Source: Mollicutes bacterium (lineage in GTDB: Bacteria; Bacillota_I; Bacilli_A; Izemoplasmatales; Izemoplasmataceae). Taken from it: a stretch of DNA of 64,000 bases. The DNA lies in contig PWYL01000070.1 of assembly GCA_003568315.1 (NCBI GenBank), forward strand, positions 15,266-79,265, written 5' to 3'. The notes under the pieces are model-generated. The model saw nothing but the letters and a program-made list of their open reading frames with translations, did no database searches and was not told the origin of the DNA. Of this stretch, positions 63,785-64,000 are shown piece after piece (the first letter of the stretch is position 1; each line of letters begins with the position of its first letter). The position numbers and the translations under genes were made by a program.

Positions 63785-64000
63785 ATGAACGTTCTGGTCT
63801 TGGAAGACGAGAAGAAGATCAATGAGATGCTCACACTCTATGTGACGCAGGAAGGTCACGAGGTGTATGCCGCGTTTGAAGCCACGGAAGCGCTCCGGAT
63901 TTTTCGTGAACACCCGATCGACCTCATCGTTACCGATCTGATGTTGCCGAAGATGCAAGGAGAGGTGTTCGTTGAAGAAATCCGGCATACGAGTGATGTC
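63785..64000 (+). CDS. Response regulator receiver domain (OmpR/PhoB-type N-terminus), 3'-truncated by the window edge
   Basis: Not in the ORF track because there is no stop in the window. ATG 63785 with AGGAGG upstream. Translates to MNVLVLEDEKKINEMLTLYVTQEGHEVYAAFEATEALRIFREHPIDLIVTDLMLPKMQGEVF... Confidence 0.8.
   Translation, partial: MNVLVLEDEKKINEMLTLYVTQEGHEVYAAFEATEALRIFREHPIDLIVTDLMLPKMQGEVFVEEIRHTSDV

Overview
Dense, mostly plus-strand chromosomal segment from a Bacillota (Firmicutes)-type genome. Gene content and operon order resemble Bacilli: sufCDSUB with SufU, rimP-nusA-ylxR-ylxQ-infB-rbfA, RNase J, YhaM, a ComK-like gene, DegV and HPr. GC looks mid-50s percent by eye, with strongly G/C-ending codons. 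I call 62 protein-coding genes plus one frameshifted P-type ATPase. I recognised no rRNA, tRNA, CRISPR array, transposase, integrase or phage gene. Most content is housekeeping: translation and RNA metabolism (rplY, rpsD, cca, thiI, infB, rbfA, fmt, RNase J, YhaM), DNA repair and replication (uvrC, priA, photolyase), Fe-S assembly (suf), and central carbon metabolism (PFOR, tkt, pgk, tpiA, pullulanase). I do not see a convincing brand-new multi-gene system. The best candidates for follow-up are: (i) an extracytoplasmic flavinylation block at 12.3-16.1 kb (Gx transporter, ApbE, a lipoprotein with two FMN-binding domains, a NusG-II protein); (ii) a translationally coupled six-gene operon of unrelated-looking functions at 5.5-9.1 kb; (iii) a FabT-type operator plus DegV/MarR unit at 9.1-10.6 kb; (iv) an HPr paralog inserted between pgk and tpiA; (v) a GHMP/galactokinase-like protein with degenerate catalytic motifs; (vi) a CopB-type copper operon with a 1-nt frameshift, a His-rich secreted peptide and an adjacent response regulator with direct-repeat boxes. 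Start codons were refined by eye from Shine-Dalgarno motifs. Functional calls rest on remembered family motifs, not on database searches. The many long antisense ORFs in the track are codon-aligned shadow ORFs and are rejected.
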